64,000 nt of DNA from Promethearchaeota archaeon. Its GTDB lineage: Archaea > Asgardarchaeota > Lokiarchaeia > Sigyniarchaeales > SOKP01. The stretch spans positions 1 to 64,000 of the forward strand of contig JAHLWP010000014.1 of assembly GCA_019057865.1 (NCBI GenBank). The letters are read 5' to 3'. The notes beneath the pieces were generated by a model. It saw only the letters and a list, made by a program, of their open reading frames with translations, was not told where the DNA came from and made no database searches. Both the position numbers and the translations under genes were made by a program. Positions 31,196-42,249 of this stretch are shown piece after piece; position 1 is the first letter of the stretch, and each line of letters opens with the position of its first letter.

Positions 31196-32800
31196 TTACG
31201 ATTTCCTTTTAATTATCGATATAACTAATGCTACTGCACCAAGAGCAAGAAGAGCAATTCCAGGGATCATTAATCCATATAATAGTCCATCTGCTAATGT
31301 ATAGGCGTCAGTTGGCAAATCATATTTCTCTTGTGCGAGATATGGTGTAACATCATCTCTGAATTTAGGTAGCCAGTCCATGATCATTAACATTTCAGCA
31401 TCTGTTAGCATAATACCTGCCTTTATAGCAACATAGTTGGAATCATTAACTTTTGTCTTATACCATTTTGCAAGACCATCGTCATTGACTAGAGATAGTG
31501 TATTAGTTTCAGTAAAAAGAAGTACTGCTGATGTAACTGACATACCGGTAGGAGTAGGTACACCTACCTCCCAACCCTTACCTTTATTGGGTATAGTAAG
31601 ATCAAGACCAGTTGGATACCAAGATCCATTAGCCCATTGTGGCAAGAAAAATTTGACATTTGTCAATTCCCACATTGTTAATCCTTCAAAGGCTAGAACC
31701 ACAACTGGAACCACATTAGGCTTGAAAACGGTAAATAGCCAGGTAGCAACTAATCCTAACTGAGTAGGAGTAAGGCCAGTAAAAGCACTTACTATTGCTA
31801 TAGCTTCAGGACCACCAGGATTCTGAGCAGCTGCTGCCCATGCCAAAATTCCACCTGCTAAGTCATCATTTGTGAACGCCAAAAGGTTTGTATCATTAAA
31901 AAGTTCTTTAGCTATACCTAACGGAATACCTGTTGGAGTTGGTATGCCTGCTTCTAACCCAAAAACAGGTTCTGTTATTATGTCACTTAATTGACTAAGG
32001 TCAAGTCCAGTTGGTGCCAACTGTAAAGTATCGTTAGCCCATTGCCCATAAAACAATTTTTCAGCAACTTCTTCTACAGAAGTACCTAGGGAAAGATAGT
32101 AACCATAGACTACAACTCCAATCATATAGGTTGATAAATAATCTGCCATCGCAGAAAGTTGTAACCAATTTGCTCCATAACCAGCTATCATTGAAGCATT
32201 TACCCCTGGAACTGAAGTAGCTGCAGCTTGATACGCTTCAAGAAAGTATAAAACTCCAAATCCAAAGTCAGTATCCATCATAATGCCTGGAATAGTCTTG
32301 TTATATAGTGGGGACGTTATAGTAGCACCAGTTATCATTAACGCTTGTTGAGCTGTTGGTGTAAAGCTAAGGTTGCCCAACATCCCACCCATAAAGTACT
32401 CTGATACACCCTTAAGGTTTAAAAATCCCATGGTAGTAGTGTTGTATGTAGGATCATTAAAGAAATATTCAAGAGCAGTAACTAAATCAGGGAAAAATCC
32501 AAACCCAACAGACGCATAAACAGTTCCATTTATTATATTGGCAGCTGTGCTTCCATTAACTATAGCAGGTAATGCAGCATCCGCTTCTTCTTTAATCCCA
32601 AGAATAACTTCAGGAATCGCCAGAGTCGCTACTGTGTCTTCTGCATCCTCAATAACACCCTCTTGAATTTCTAATAACCCCTCACCAACTCCCTCGCGAA
32701 CCTCGGTGCGAAGATAGTCACTTGCAAATATTCCAGTTGGTACCGCTATTGCGCCAAGAACTAGAAGTACAATCCCAATAATACTAGTTTTCTTCGACAT
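31196..32800 (-). CDS. Protein with terminal TM helices and a large ectodomain carrying an internal repeat
   Basis: Two copies of QWAN..PTGLDL..G.E.G.PTPTG..LF..TN....NDD; many NxS/T sequons. Confidence 0.85.
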   Translation of the reverse strand: MSKKTSIIGIVLLVLGAIAVPTGIFASDYLRTEVREGVGEGLLEIQEGVIEDAEDTVATLAIPEVILGIKEEADAALPAIVNGSTAANIINGTVYASVGFGFFPDLVTALEYFFNDPTYNTTTMGFLNLKGVSEYFMGGMLGNLSFTPTAQQALMITGATITSPLYNKTIPGIMMDTDFGFGVLYFLEAYQAAATSVPGVNASMIAGYGANWLQLSAMADYLSTYMIGVVVYGYYLSLGTSVEEVAEKLFYGQWANDTLQLAPTGLDLSQLSDIITEPVFGLEAGIPTPTGIPLGIAKELFNDTNLLAFTNDDLAGGILAWAAAAQNPGGPEAIAIVSAFTGLTPTQLGLVATWLFTVFKPNVVPVVVLAFEGLTMWELTNVKFFLPQWANGSWYPTGLDLTIPNKGKGWEVGVPTPTGMSVTSAVLLFTETNTLSLVNDDGLAKWYKTKVNDSNYVAIKAGIMLTDAEMLMIMDWLPKFRDDVTPYLAQEKYDLPTDAYTLADGLLYGLMIPGIALLALGAVALVISIIKRKS

Positions 32801-33361
32801 AAATTTTTATCACTTTTTTATTAGATTTTACATTGATCAATTTACTATTTTATTTAACTATTATTTAAACATTTACACTTTTTCAAAAATTAATTACTAA
32901 ATTTTGTCGTATTACATCCCTATCTTAAGATTAAATATTTGGGTTTTTGATGCTAACTAATACCTTCATTATTGAATTTTCCTTATAAGTACGTTAAATT
33001 CTTTCTTGACCTTTATTTTCGAAATTAAGAGTAAATTATTGATTCCACCCAGATGTTTTCTTAAAAAAACAAGATTTATCACCTTTAGATTATAGATTTG
33101 ATTAAATAAATTGGAATTTTCATTTTCTTTGTTCTTTCAAATAACAATATTCTTAGAATTAACTTAAAGAGAGTAATTTCATATGAGAGATTAGCAACAT
33201 TGATTTAAAAAAGAAAAATTAATGAGCTTTAAATTTAATTGTATTATTTATTTGATGAGATTTTAAAATTTTAATTTCGAAAAAGTGTAAATGTTTAAAT
33301 AATAGTTAAATAAAATAGTAAATTGATCAATGAAAAATCTAATATAAAAGTGATTTATAAA

Positions 33362-34951
33362 ATGAAAAAACAAATGCAAAGAATATTAGCCATAGTTCTT
33401 GTTGCAGTTATTGGTATTGGTATTGGCGTAGGTGCTTACTTTTTTCTAGCTACGGAAGCTTTTGAATATAAATGGGAAGCACCAGGGGCTCCTGAAGGAA
33501 TTTCTCAAGACCGGATAATTAAGATTGGAGTACTCGATGATATGAACTATATTACCGGTAAAGGAGCATCTAACGGAGCTTGGTTGGCTGCTTATGAGAT
33601 TAATACGAGAGGAGGTATAGAGATTGGCAATGAAACATATTATATAGGAGTAGCAACTGAAGACACTGAAGAGGCAAATCCTGCACTGGATCTTTCAAGA
33701 GGAGTTGCTGCTGCTGAAAGGTTGCTAAACTATAAAAAAGCCCAATTCTATCTTGGTGGATTCAGAACAGAGGCATTACAAGCATACAGAGAAATTGTAA
33801 TGTTAAAAAATAAACTCTTTATTGGTACAGGTAGCGCAACAGCAAAATTCTGCCAAGATGTTTGGGAGAACTATAATAAATACAAATATTATTTCAGGAT
33901 TCAACCAATCAATGAAGTATTTCTTGCTGGAGAAGTTCTTAGAATGTTGATGGCCACAATATATGATCAAAAAACAAACTTTGCTAGAAATATAACTAAA
34001 GTTGCAATTTTGAGAGAAGATTTAGCGTGGACAAAAAGAATGTCTGATAGTATTAATGGTCTTATGCCATTTTTCTCTATGTTTTTTTATGGTGATGGAT
34101 ATCTTGATCCAAAAACACTCACTGTTGTTGAAGAGATTGCTTATCCCCAAACTGCAGGAAAAGTTGACTTTTACGGGTATTGGGCAGATATTAAGGCTTC
34201 AGGAGCTGAAGTAACCATCCCGATAATCTCTGGACCTACTGGATTATATTATTCAGACGTATATGGGGATACTAACCAGCCATCACTCTCATTAGGTATA
34301 AATGTTATGGGACAACAAAATATCTTCTGGGAACAAACTGGAGGAAATTGTGAATATGAAATCTCGATGTGCAGTTTTATTAGACATAATAAAACACCCT
34401 ATACAGTTACATTTTGGGATAATTATGTAGATCGTTTTGGTATTGCTCCTATCTATACTGCAATAGGTGCCTATGATGCTGTACTAACATATTCTGACGC
34501 TATATATAAAGCTCAATCAATAGATACAGATGACGTATTAGCCCAATTGGAGGTATCAGAATTCCAGGGTGGGGTGGATTTAGCAAGCCGAGCTAGAACT
34601 GCAGGGACTATTTATCCCGATTTGGGATCCCCTACTGCCATATGGGGTGTTTGGACAGACGCGACCTATCCACGAGATATCGATAGTGCAACTGATGGAC
34701 TTCAATTATCAAGACATGATACATTAGAAGGGTCAGATCCATTTGGACATGCAGTGTTTGTACAATGGGTATATGATCCCCTCCATCCAACGTTAGGGAA
34801 ATGGGAATGTGTTCCATTAGGAGCAATACCTGGTATTGCAGCAGACTATTTTCTAGGAGTCGGCGGGGCGGCCGCGGATTTGTCATCTTGGGAACCTCCA
34901 ATGTATTCAGCAGATATTGTTACGGCAAATATAACATTTCCAGTTCGATAA
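33362..34951 (+). CDS. livK: Liv-family ABC transporter substrate-binding protein
   Basis: N-terminal TM; IKIGVL, AAYEIN..GG, GGFRTE, GAYDA; substrate uncertain. Confidence 0.8.
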   Translation: MKKQMQRILAIVLVAVIGIGIGVGAYFFLATEAFEYKWEAPGAPEGISQDRIIKIGVLDDMNYITGKGASNGAWLAAYEINTRGGIEIGNETYYIGVATEDTEEANPALDLSRGVAAAERLLNYKKAQFYLGGFRTEALQAYREIVMLKNKLFIGTGSATAKFCQDVWENYNKYKYYFRIQPINEVFLAGEVLRMLMATIYDQKTNFARNITKVAILREDLAWTKRMSDSINGLMPFFSMFFYGDGYLDPKTLTVVEEIAYPQTAGKVDFYGYWADIKASGAEVTIPIISGPTGLYYSDVYGDTNQPSLSLGINVMGQQNIFWEQTGGNCEYEISMCSFIRHNKTPYTVTFWDNYVDRFGIAPIYTAIGAYDAVLTYSDAIYKAQSIDTDDVLAQLEVSEFQGGVDLASRARTAGTIYPDLGSPTAIWGVWTDATYPRDIDSATDGLQLSRHDTLEGSDPFGHAVFVQWVYDPLHPTLGKWECVPLGAIPGIAADYFLGVGGAAADLSSWEPPMYSADIVTANITFPVR

Positions 34952-35208
34952 TTTGAGCAATATTGTAAAATATTGATTAATTAAATTCTATTCTTTTTTT
35001 TTCTTTCTTTTATTAAAATCTAACAAATTATACTCTTTATATTAATCATTTTATCATTCCAGATCAAAAGAAGGAACAATCTTTACAAAAAGGTCTTTTT
35101 AAAAATGTTAAACAACTACCTTTATAAAAAATGGAGTAAAATTACAAATAATAAATAATTAAATAAAAATTAATAATTAATTAAAAAATCTCGCTAGGTT
35201 ATGTTATT

Positions 35209-36093
35209 ATGATAACCGATATTATGCAAGTATTAATACTTGGGTCTGTACAAGGAGCAATATATATGTTGATTGCCGTAGGTTATTCTTTAGTGTACGG
35301 AGCTGGAGGAATTATGAATTTAGCTCATGGTGCATTTTACTTAATCGCGGGATATATATTATATTGGTATTTAGGAAGTTTAGGTCTGTGGATGGCGGTT
35401 ATTTTAGCATTAGTTGTTGTCACTCTTGTTGGAGGGATTTCATATATAGCACTTATTAAACCGTTAGAAAAAAAAAGCCATTTAAGTGTTGTAATGATAA
35501 CTTTTGCAATTGCCTTTTTTATAGAACAGATTGTAAGACTTGGATGTAATATACTCGGTTTCGAACAAGAATCTACTTTACCTAATTTAATAGAAATTAA
35601 TGGAAAGGTTTCTTTTGAACTTCTTGGAATTCAAATTCCTTTTGATTATATTTTCATTCTGATAATTTCTTTCCTTATTGTAGGTATAATAACGCTATTT
35701 ATCAGCAAATCAAAGCTTGGTACATCAATTCGAGCTATTTCTCAAGATCGAGAGGCTGCCTCGCTTATGGGAATAAATGCTGATAGGGTTCTCATGTATA
35801 CTGTAATGATTTCTGCCTTTCTTGCTGGTGTAGCTGGTGTTATATATGCTCCTGAAGGGGTATTTCCATGGCAGGGATGGAATATCTTACTAAATTCGTT
35901 TGCTGTAGTGATTCTTGGAGGAATGGGAAGTCTTCCTGGTGCCGTACTTGGAGCTTTCATTTTATCATACACTAGTCATTTTACTCGAGTCTTTATAGAT
36001 CCAGCTATTTCTACTTTAGTTCCCATGTTTGTTATCGTAGTGATGCTTGTGTTAAGACCTCGGGGAATCCTTGGAAAGAAGGAGATTGATTAA
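35209..36093 (+). CDS. livH: Liv-family ABC permease
   Basis: GYSLVYG..MNLAHG, AASLMGIN, ILGGMGS, RPRGILG. Confidence 0.9.
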   Translation: MITDIMQVLILGSVQGAIYMLIAVGYSLVYGAGGIMNLAHGAFYLIAGYILYWYLGSLGLWMAVILALVVVTLVGGISYIALIKPLEKKSHLSVVMITFAIAFFIEQIVRLGCNILGFEQESTLPNLIEINGKVSFELLGIQIPFDYIFILIISFLIVGIITLFISKSKLGTSIRAISQDREAASLMGINADRVLMYTVMISAFLAGVAGVIYAPEGVFPWQGWNILLNSFAVVILGGMGSLPGAVLGAFILSYTSHFTRVFIDPAISTLVPMFVIVVMLVLRPRGILGKKEID

Positions 36094-36137
36094 TTTACTG
36101 AAAAGAGGATAATAATAATTATAGGAGAAAAAGGAAA

Positions 36138-37373
36138 ATGCAAATAAGATTTCTTAATAGGATAAAAGAAAATTCACTTCTCATTACTTATTTTACATTA
36201 CTTTACTTGATTTTACTAGCTTACATACTTACTCTACTTTACTACTTTACTTATACTAGTTTAGTTTTCTCAACTATTCTTTACTTTACTTTGTTTTACT
36301 TTACTTTTCTTTACTTAGCTTTTAAATTTACTGAGTTATCAGCTGGAATAAAACGTAACATTAAAGAAATACCTTCAGCAATGAGCCGTCTGAAGACTTG
36401 GCTTGGAACCTTCAAAGGAGGTTTAACTCTATTCTGTATGCTTATAATTGCAATTATCCCTTTATTGACTCAAAATGCTTATTATTTAGGGTCAATGTTT
36501 ATCGTAGCTATGATATATACTATTTATGCAGCAAGTTGGGATTTTTTGGCAGGATATACTGGTCAAGTTAGTTTTGGTCAAGCTGCGTTTTTCGGATTTG
36601 CGGGATATGTCACAGCAGATTGTTTAATTATTCAAAATTGGCATTGGTTGCCTTCTCTATTTTTTGGAGCATTAATGGCAGTACTCATTAGTTTAATTAT
36701 TGGTATTCCAGCACTAAGATTAAAAGGACCTTACCTTGCTTTAGGAACTTTGTCATTTGCCATGATCTTATATCTTTTATTTGCAATGCCAGATATTCTA
36801 TATGGTTCAGAAGGTTTATTTGGTGTTCCACGTTTATCAAACAATGTTGTCATTGAATATTATTTTGTGTTTATTTTTGTGATTATATCACTAACAATTA
36901 TGAAAGCGATTAGTAATTCAAAACTTGGTACTGTTTTTAAATCAATTCGAGACGATGAAACAGGCGCAGAAGCTTCAGGGATTAATACAACGAAATACAA
37001 GATTCTAGCATTCATGATAAGTGCATTTTTTGCAGGGATAGCCGGTGGTTTTTTTACTATGCGCAATACAGCAGTCAGTGCTCAAATCTTTGGTTCTACA
37101 TATTCATTTTACCCTATTGTGATGGTTGCTATAGGGGGAATAGCCACAATATCAGGAGCAGGAGTAGGTGCCTTTTTCTTCATATTTCTTATTGAAATAC
37201 TAAGGGGTGTTGCAGATTTGGCTTGGCTTCCAGCAGGTGCTGCAGACTTTCTTGACGATGCATTAATATTTTCTGTGCTTTTAATACTTGTAATTAGATT
37301 TGCGGGAACGGGAGTTTTGAAATCTGCTATTGAGCGCCTTAAAAATTTATGGGATATTTTATTAGGTAGATAA
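36138..37373 (+). CDS. livM: Liv-family ABC permease with low-complexity N-terminal insert
   Basis: GYTGQVSFGQAAFFG, LRLKGPYLALGT, IRDDE. Confidence 0.9.
   Translation: MQIRFLNRIKENSLLITYFTLLYLILLAYILTLLYYFTYTSLVFSTILYFTLFYFTFLYLAFKFTELSAGIKRNIKEIPSAMSRLKTWLGTFKGGLTLFCMLIIAIIPLLTQNAYYLGSMFIVAMIYTIYAASWDFLAGYTGQVSFGQAAFFGFAGYVTADCLIIQNWHWLPSLFFGALMAVLISLIIGIPALRLKGPYLALGTLSFAMILYLLFAMPDILYGSEGLFGVPRLSNNVVIEYYFVFIFVIISLTIMKAISNSKLGTVFKSIRDDETGAEASGINTTKYKILAFMISAFFAGIAGGFFTMRNTAVSAQIFGSTYSFYPIVMVAIGGIATISGAGVGAFFFIFLIEILRGVADLAWLPAGAADFLDDALIFSVLLILVIRFAGTGVLKSAIERLKNLWDILLGR
36184..36332 (+). repeat. Degenerate (TTTAC)n microsatellite within livM
   Basis: For example ttactttactttgttttactttacttttctttactt. 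Confidence 0.7.
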
Positions 37374-37412
37374 ATTTTCAAAATAAATTAACAATAGTAT
37401 GTGAATTAAAAA

Positions 37413-38153
37413 ATGGGTGTTATTCTAGAAGTAAAAAATTTAACAAAAAAGTTTGGTGGGCTTACAGCAGTCAATGATTTTAGTTTTGAAATCGAGCGTG
37501 GAGAATTTATTGGCTTGATTGGCCCTAATGGTGCAGGGAAAACCACAGTTTTTAACTTAATATCAGGATTCGAGAGACCTAGCTCTGGTAGTATTCGATT
37601 TGATGGGATTAATATTACTAGCATGAGTCCTTATAAAATTGTTAATTTAGGGATTGCTCGAACGTTCCAGTTAGTAAGGTCATTTAAATTCCTTACAATT
37701 CTTGATAATGTATCAGTTTCATGTCTTTCTCCAAGAGGTAAAGAAGTTTCTAAAGATATAGGTACAGAAGAGTATGCTAGCTCAATACTTACAGCTGTAG
37801 GTCTTGTAGATAAAGCTAGGATACCACCAATAGTATTACCACATGGAGATTTAAGAAAATTACAAATTGGTAAAGCAATTGGAACCAATCCTCAATTACT
37901 TCTTCTTGATGAGCCATTTAGTGGTTTATCATACGAAGAACAATTGATTATTACTGATTTAATTAAAAAATTACATGATGATGGTGTAACAATATTTATA
38001 ACAGGTCATGTTTTACGTGAACTAATGACATTAGTTCCAAGAGTACTTGCAATGCATCAAGGTAAACTCATTGCTGATGGACCCCCTAGGGAGGTTGCAA
38101 GTCATAAAATTGTTCTAGAAGCATATTTAGGAAGAGGTGAAGGTTTTGCTTGA
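37413..38153 (+). CDS. livG: ABC ATPase
   Basis: GPNGAGKT, ARTFQ, LLLLDEP. Confidence 0.92.
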   Translation: MGVILEVKNLTKKFGGLTAVNDFSFEIERGEFIGLIGPNGAGKTTVFNLISGFERPSSGSIRFDGINITSMSPYKIVNLGIARTFQLVRSFKFLTILDNVSVSCLSPRGKEVSKDIGTEEYASSILTAVGLVDKARIPPIVLPHGDLRKLQIGKAIGTNPQLLLLDEPFSGLSYEEQLIITDLIKKLHDDGVTIFITGHVLRELMTLVPRVLAMHQGKLIADGPPREVASHKIVLEAYLGRGEGFA

Positions 38154-38850
38154 ATTAAGAAAAATCTATCATTATTATGGAAGTGCAAAAGCGCTTGAGG
38201 AGGTTAATCTAGAAGTTGATGAAAAAGCGCTTGACGCTGTTATTGGACCAAATGGTGCTGGAAAGTCGACTCTTCTAAGAGTAATATCTGGTTTAGAAGA
38301 ACCTGATAGAGGAAAAGTAATTTTTGAAGGAGAACGTATTGATGAGTTAGATGCTCATAAAATTGCCAAAAAAGGAATTGCACATTGTCCAGAACGTCGA
38401 AGATTATTCTATGATCTATCTGTTCTTGAAAATCTTAAGATGGGATCATATGCATTAAAAGATAAAAAAAAATTAAAAGGACTATTAGATTTTGTGTACG
38501 AAATATTTCCTCGTCTTAAAGAAAGAAAAAAGCAGCGAGCAGGAACATTAAGTGGAGGTGAACAACAAATGTTAGCACTAGCTCGAGCAATCATGTCTAA
38601 CCCTAAATTACTTTTATTAGATGAACCTTCTTTAGGGCTAGCTCCAAAAGTTAAAGCACAGATTTTTAGTGCTATCCAAAAAATTAGAGATGAAGGCACA
38701 ACTACCTTATTGGTTGAACAAGATGCTATGCTTGCTATGAATGTTGCAGATTATATTCACGTTCTTGAAGAGGGAAAAATCGAGATGAGAGGTACTAAAG
38801 AAGAACTAGAAAAAGAACCTCGAATAAAACAAGTATATTTAGGTATATAA
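38137..38850 (+). CDS. livF: ABC ATPase
   Basis: GPNGAGKS, LSGGEQQML, LLDEPSLGLAP. Confidence 0.92.
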   Translation: MKVLLELRKIYHYYGSAKALEEVNLEVDEKALDAVIGPNGAGKSTLLRVISGLEEPDRGKVIFEGERIDELDAHKIAKKGIAHCPERRRLFYDLSVLENLKMGSYALKDKKKLKGLLDFVYEIFPRLKERKKQRAGTLSGGEQQMLALARAIMSNPKLLLLDEPSLGLAPKVKAQIFSAIQKIRDEGTTTLLVEQDAMLAMNVADYIHVLEEGKIEMRGTKEELEKEPRIKQVYLGI

Positions 38851-38862
38851 GGTGGTTTAGAA

Positions 38863-40209
38863 ATGTCAATCCCATTAGATAAACTGTTAAGAGATGCTAG
38901 AGTTGATTTAGTACTTTCAAGAATTGAAAAAGATTCATCTATAATCAATGATGTAATAAATTACTTAGATAGTGATATTCGATCTATTCGATTCAATTCT
39001 ATATTTGTATTAGGAGAATTAAGTCAAAAATCTGAAGCAGCAATTTCTAAATTAATCGGATGTTTGCAAGATACTGATTGGAGTATACGTCGTGAAACCG
39101 CACGAGCATTAGGAAAAATAGGAAAAATAGCTAATAATGCTGTTTCCCCATTGACTAAATTATTAATGGATGAAGAGGTTTCAATTCGAAAGGAAGTTGC
39201 AACATCTTTAGGAAAAATATGTTATGCTTCAGATGAATGCATTTCCACTCTTATAAATACATTAAAAGATCAAGATGAGGAAGTTCGGGCAGAAGCAGCA
39301 AAAGCTTTAGGAGAATTAGGTTCAGATGCTTATAATGCTATTCCAAATTTAATGAAAAGTACTAAAGACGTAAGTTGGACTGTTAGAACAGCATCTGCTC
39401 AATCAATTAGTCTTATTGGAAGAGAATCTACTAAAGCGATACCTACATTAATAAATGCTCTTGAAGATGAAGATTGGCGAGTAAGGTATCGAGTTATTGA
39501 CACCCTTGCAAAGATTGGAGAAGAAGTAATACCAAACGTTTTAGAAATTCTTAATCATAGAAATCCAACTGTCAGAAAAGGTGTTATCGAGGTTTTGGGG
39601 GAGTTAAGAATATCCAAACCCGAAATAATTAATAACTTAGCCAATATGTTATTTGATAAAGTTGAGAGTGTACGTGGAAAAGCTGTTGATGCACTTCGAA
39701 GTATTGGCAGAGAAGCAGTTCCTACTATAATTGAAGCAATGCAAAGATCTAATTCAGCAATGAAAAGGCTTTTAATTTCTGGCCTTATGGGAATAGGTAC
39801 AGATGCAAAAGTAGCAATCCCTACCCTAAGTGATATTTTAATAATTGAATCAACAAAAGCTTTTATTCGAGTTGAAGCAGCAAGAGCATTAGGTAAGATC
39901 GGGGAAGGTTCGGAAGAAGCAGTTAATGCTTTACAAGAATCTTTAACAGATAAAAAAGCGATCGTAAGAAGAGAAGCAGCACTAGCTTTAGGTAAACTAG
40001 GTTCCTTTTCATCCGTAGCAGTTCCCTCATTAATAAAAGCATTAAATGACAAGAATCCGGATGTAAGATGGAGAGCTTCTGAAGCATTAGGTTTAATTAA
40101 AGTAAATAATCCCGAAGTTATTTCTGGTTTGGAAGGGCTAGTGCATGATGTATGTGATTACGTTTGCGAATCAGCTATAAATGCTCTCGATAATATTACT
40201 GAAGAATAA
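38863..40209 (+). CDS. HEAT/PBS-lyase repeat protein
   Basis: Recurrent L.D....VR..AA.ALG.IG. Confidence 0.9.
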   Translation: MSIPLDKLLRDARVDLVLSRIEKDSSIINDVINYLDSDIRSIRFNSIFVLGELSQKSEAAISKLIGCLQDTDWSIRRETARALGKIGKIANNAVSPLTKLLMDEEVSIRKEVATSLGKICYASDECISTLINTLKDQDEEVRAEAAKALGELGSDAYNAIPNLMKSTKDVSWTVRTASAQSISLIGRESTKAIPTLINALEDEDWRVRYRVIDTLAKIGEEVIPNVLEILNHRNPTVRKGVIEVLGELRISKPEIINNLANMLFDKVESVRGKAVDALRSIGREAVPTIIEAMQRSNSAMKRLLISGLMGIGTDAKVAIPTLSDILIIESTKAFIRVEAARALGKIGEGSEEAVNALQESLTDKKAIVRREAALALGKLGSFSSVAVPSLIKALNDKNPDVRWRASEALGLIKVNNPEVISGLEGLVHDVCDYVCESAINALDNITEE

Positions 40210-40289
40210 TACTTAAAAATTTTATTGGTTTTTACAATTATAATGTTAATTTTTATATTTGAATTAAAAATAAGAGGTAATTAAGCAAA

Positions 40290-41975
40290 ATGAGTGAAAA
40301 TCCGTATGCCGCAAAACCTTGGCTAAAACATTATGATGAGGGTGTTCCCACAGAAATCGATTTTCCTGAAATGAATATTTATGAGTTTCTCGATAATTCC
40401 ACAGCTGATTTTGGTGGACGAACAGCAATTTGGTTCTTGAAAAATAAAATATCGTATAAAAAGTTCAAAGATATTGCAGATAGATTAGCTACTGCTCTTG
40501 TAGATTTAGGTCTTAAGAAAGGTGATATTGTGGCTATATTGCTACCTAATTTCCCTCAATTCATGTTCGCTTTCTATGGTATCTTAAAAGCAGGAGGAAT
40601 TGTGTCAGCATGCAGTGTTCTCCATACAGAACACGAATTAGCATATCAATTGAACGATTCTGGAGCAGAAATAATTATTGCATGGGATGCCCAAATAGAA
40701 AAAATTAACAACGTAAAGAATAGAACGCGTTTAAGGCATATAATCATAACTAATGTATTTGATTATGGACCTAGTGCTCCCACTAGTCCACCTGAGATAG
40801 CAGGAACTATACAATTTTTAAACTTAATTCAAAAAACAAAACCAAATCCTCCTAAATTTGAAATTAATGCAAAAGAAGATATTGCTGTACTCCAATATAC
40901 TGGAGGTACTACTGGCTTACCTAAAGGAGCAATGTTAACTCATTATAATCTTGTATCTAATGCTCTAACTTTGGCTATTTGGATATCAAATGTAGCGCAG
41001 AGAGGAAAAGATACAGCACTTACAACTTTACCACTATTTCATATTTATGGGATGACGGTTTGTATGAATACATACATATATTATGGAACTACTATTGCTT
41101 TACACCCAGATCCTCGAGATCAAAAAGGATTATTTGAGGTAATCAAAGCAACTCAACCTAGCTTCTTTCCAGGTGTACCAACGATGTATATACGTCTCTT
41201 AGAAAGAGATGACCTTGAAGATTATGCTAAGGATCTTAGATCAATCAAAGTTTGCAATACTGGTGCTGCTCCTATGCCTCCAGAAGTTCTTAAGGAGTTT
41301 GAGGAAAGAACTGGAGCTACAATAATTGAAGGATATGGATTGACAGAGGCTTCCCCAGTGACTCATGCTAATCCATTTGCAGGAACAAGAAAAATAGGTT
41401 CTGTAGGTCTTGCATTGCCAAATACTGAAACTAAAATCGTTGATATTGATGATTACACTAAGATTGTCCCTATTGGTGAAACAGGTGAGATAATGATTAA
41501 AGGTCCTCAAATTATGAAAGGATATTGGAATAAACCAGAAGAAACAGCTAATCAACTGAAAGAGGGATGGCTTTTGACAGGTGATATTGGAAAACTAGAT
41601 GAGGATGGCTATCTATACATTGTTGATAGGAAAAAAGATATGATAAATATTAGTGGATTCAAAGTATACCCAAGAGAAGTTGAAGATGTTCTATTTGAAC
41701 ATGAAGCTGTTGAAAATGCATCGATTATAGGAATTCCTGATCCAGAACTACCAGGTAGTGAACATGTAAAAGCATATATAGTATTAAAGGATGGATATAA
41801 AGAAACTGAAGAGATACAAAATGAAATCAAAGAATTCCTTAGAAAGAATGTAGCTCCCTACAAGGTTCCGAAATATATAGAATTCAGAAAAGAACTTCCA
41901 GAAACATTAGTGGGTAAAGTTCTTAGAAAGGATTTAAAAGAGATAGAAGCAAAAAGACGCGGAGAAGAAGTATAA
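40290..41975 (+). CDS. fadD: Long-chain acyl-CoA synthetase
   Basis: YTGGTTGLPKG, EGYGLTE, TGDIG, VDRKKDMI. Confidence 0.88.
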   Translation: MSENPYAAKPWLKHYDEGVPTEIDFPEMNIYEFLDNSTADFGGRTAIWFLKNKISYKKFKDIADRLATALVDLGLKKGDIVAILLPNFPQFMFAFYGILKAGGIVSACSVLHTEHELAYQLNDSGAEIIIAWDAQIEKINNVKNRTRLRHIIITNVFDYGPSAPTSPPEIAGTIQFLNLIQKTKPNPPKFEINAKEDIAVLQYTGGTTGLPKGAMLTHYNLVSNALTLAIWISNVAQRGKDTALTTLPLFHIYGMTVCMNTYIYYGTTIALHPDPRDQKGLFEVIKATQPSFFPGVPTMYIRLLERDDLEDYAKDLRSIKVCNTGAAPMPPEVLKEFEERTGATIIEGYGLTEASPVTHANPFAGTRKIGSVGLALPNTETKIVDIDDYTKIVPIGETGEIMIKGPQIMKGYWNKPEETANQLKEGWLLTGDIGKLDEDGYLYIVDRKKDMINISGFKVYPREVEDVLFEHEAVENASIIGIPDPELPGSEHVKAYIVLKDGYKETEEIQNEIKEFLRKNVAPYKVPKYIEFRKELPETLVGKVLRKDLKEIEAKRRGEEV

Positions 41976-42075
41976 ACTAAAATTTTAAATATAATTATTT
42001 TTCTTAAACATTTTTCAGTATTTACAAAGTGAAATAAAAATAATTATTACTGAAAACAAAAATACCCAAAATTTC

Positions 42076-42249
42076 TTAAGTTAAATTACTTTTTTTCCAT
42101 TTTGTCATAAAATCTTTAAAGCTTTCACCAGAAATACCGAGAGAATTAACTGCTTTATCTTCATTATCAAGACTATTCTTTGATTTTTTTTTGAAAGTTA
42201 ATTCCCAATCATAATATGAAAGTGAATTTGATGAAGCTGCTTTTGACAT
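42076..42249 (-). CDS. 57-aa microprotein B
   Basis: MSKAASSNSLSYYDWELTFKKKSKNSLDNEDKAVNSLGISGESFKDFMTKWKKSNLT; resembles 20920-21105. Confidence 0.6.
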   Translation of the reverse strand: MSKAASSNSLSYYDWELTFKKKSKNSLDNEDKAVNSLGISGESFKDFMTKWKKSNLT

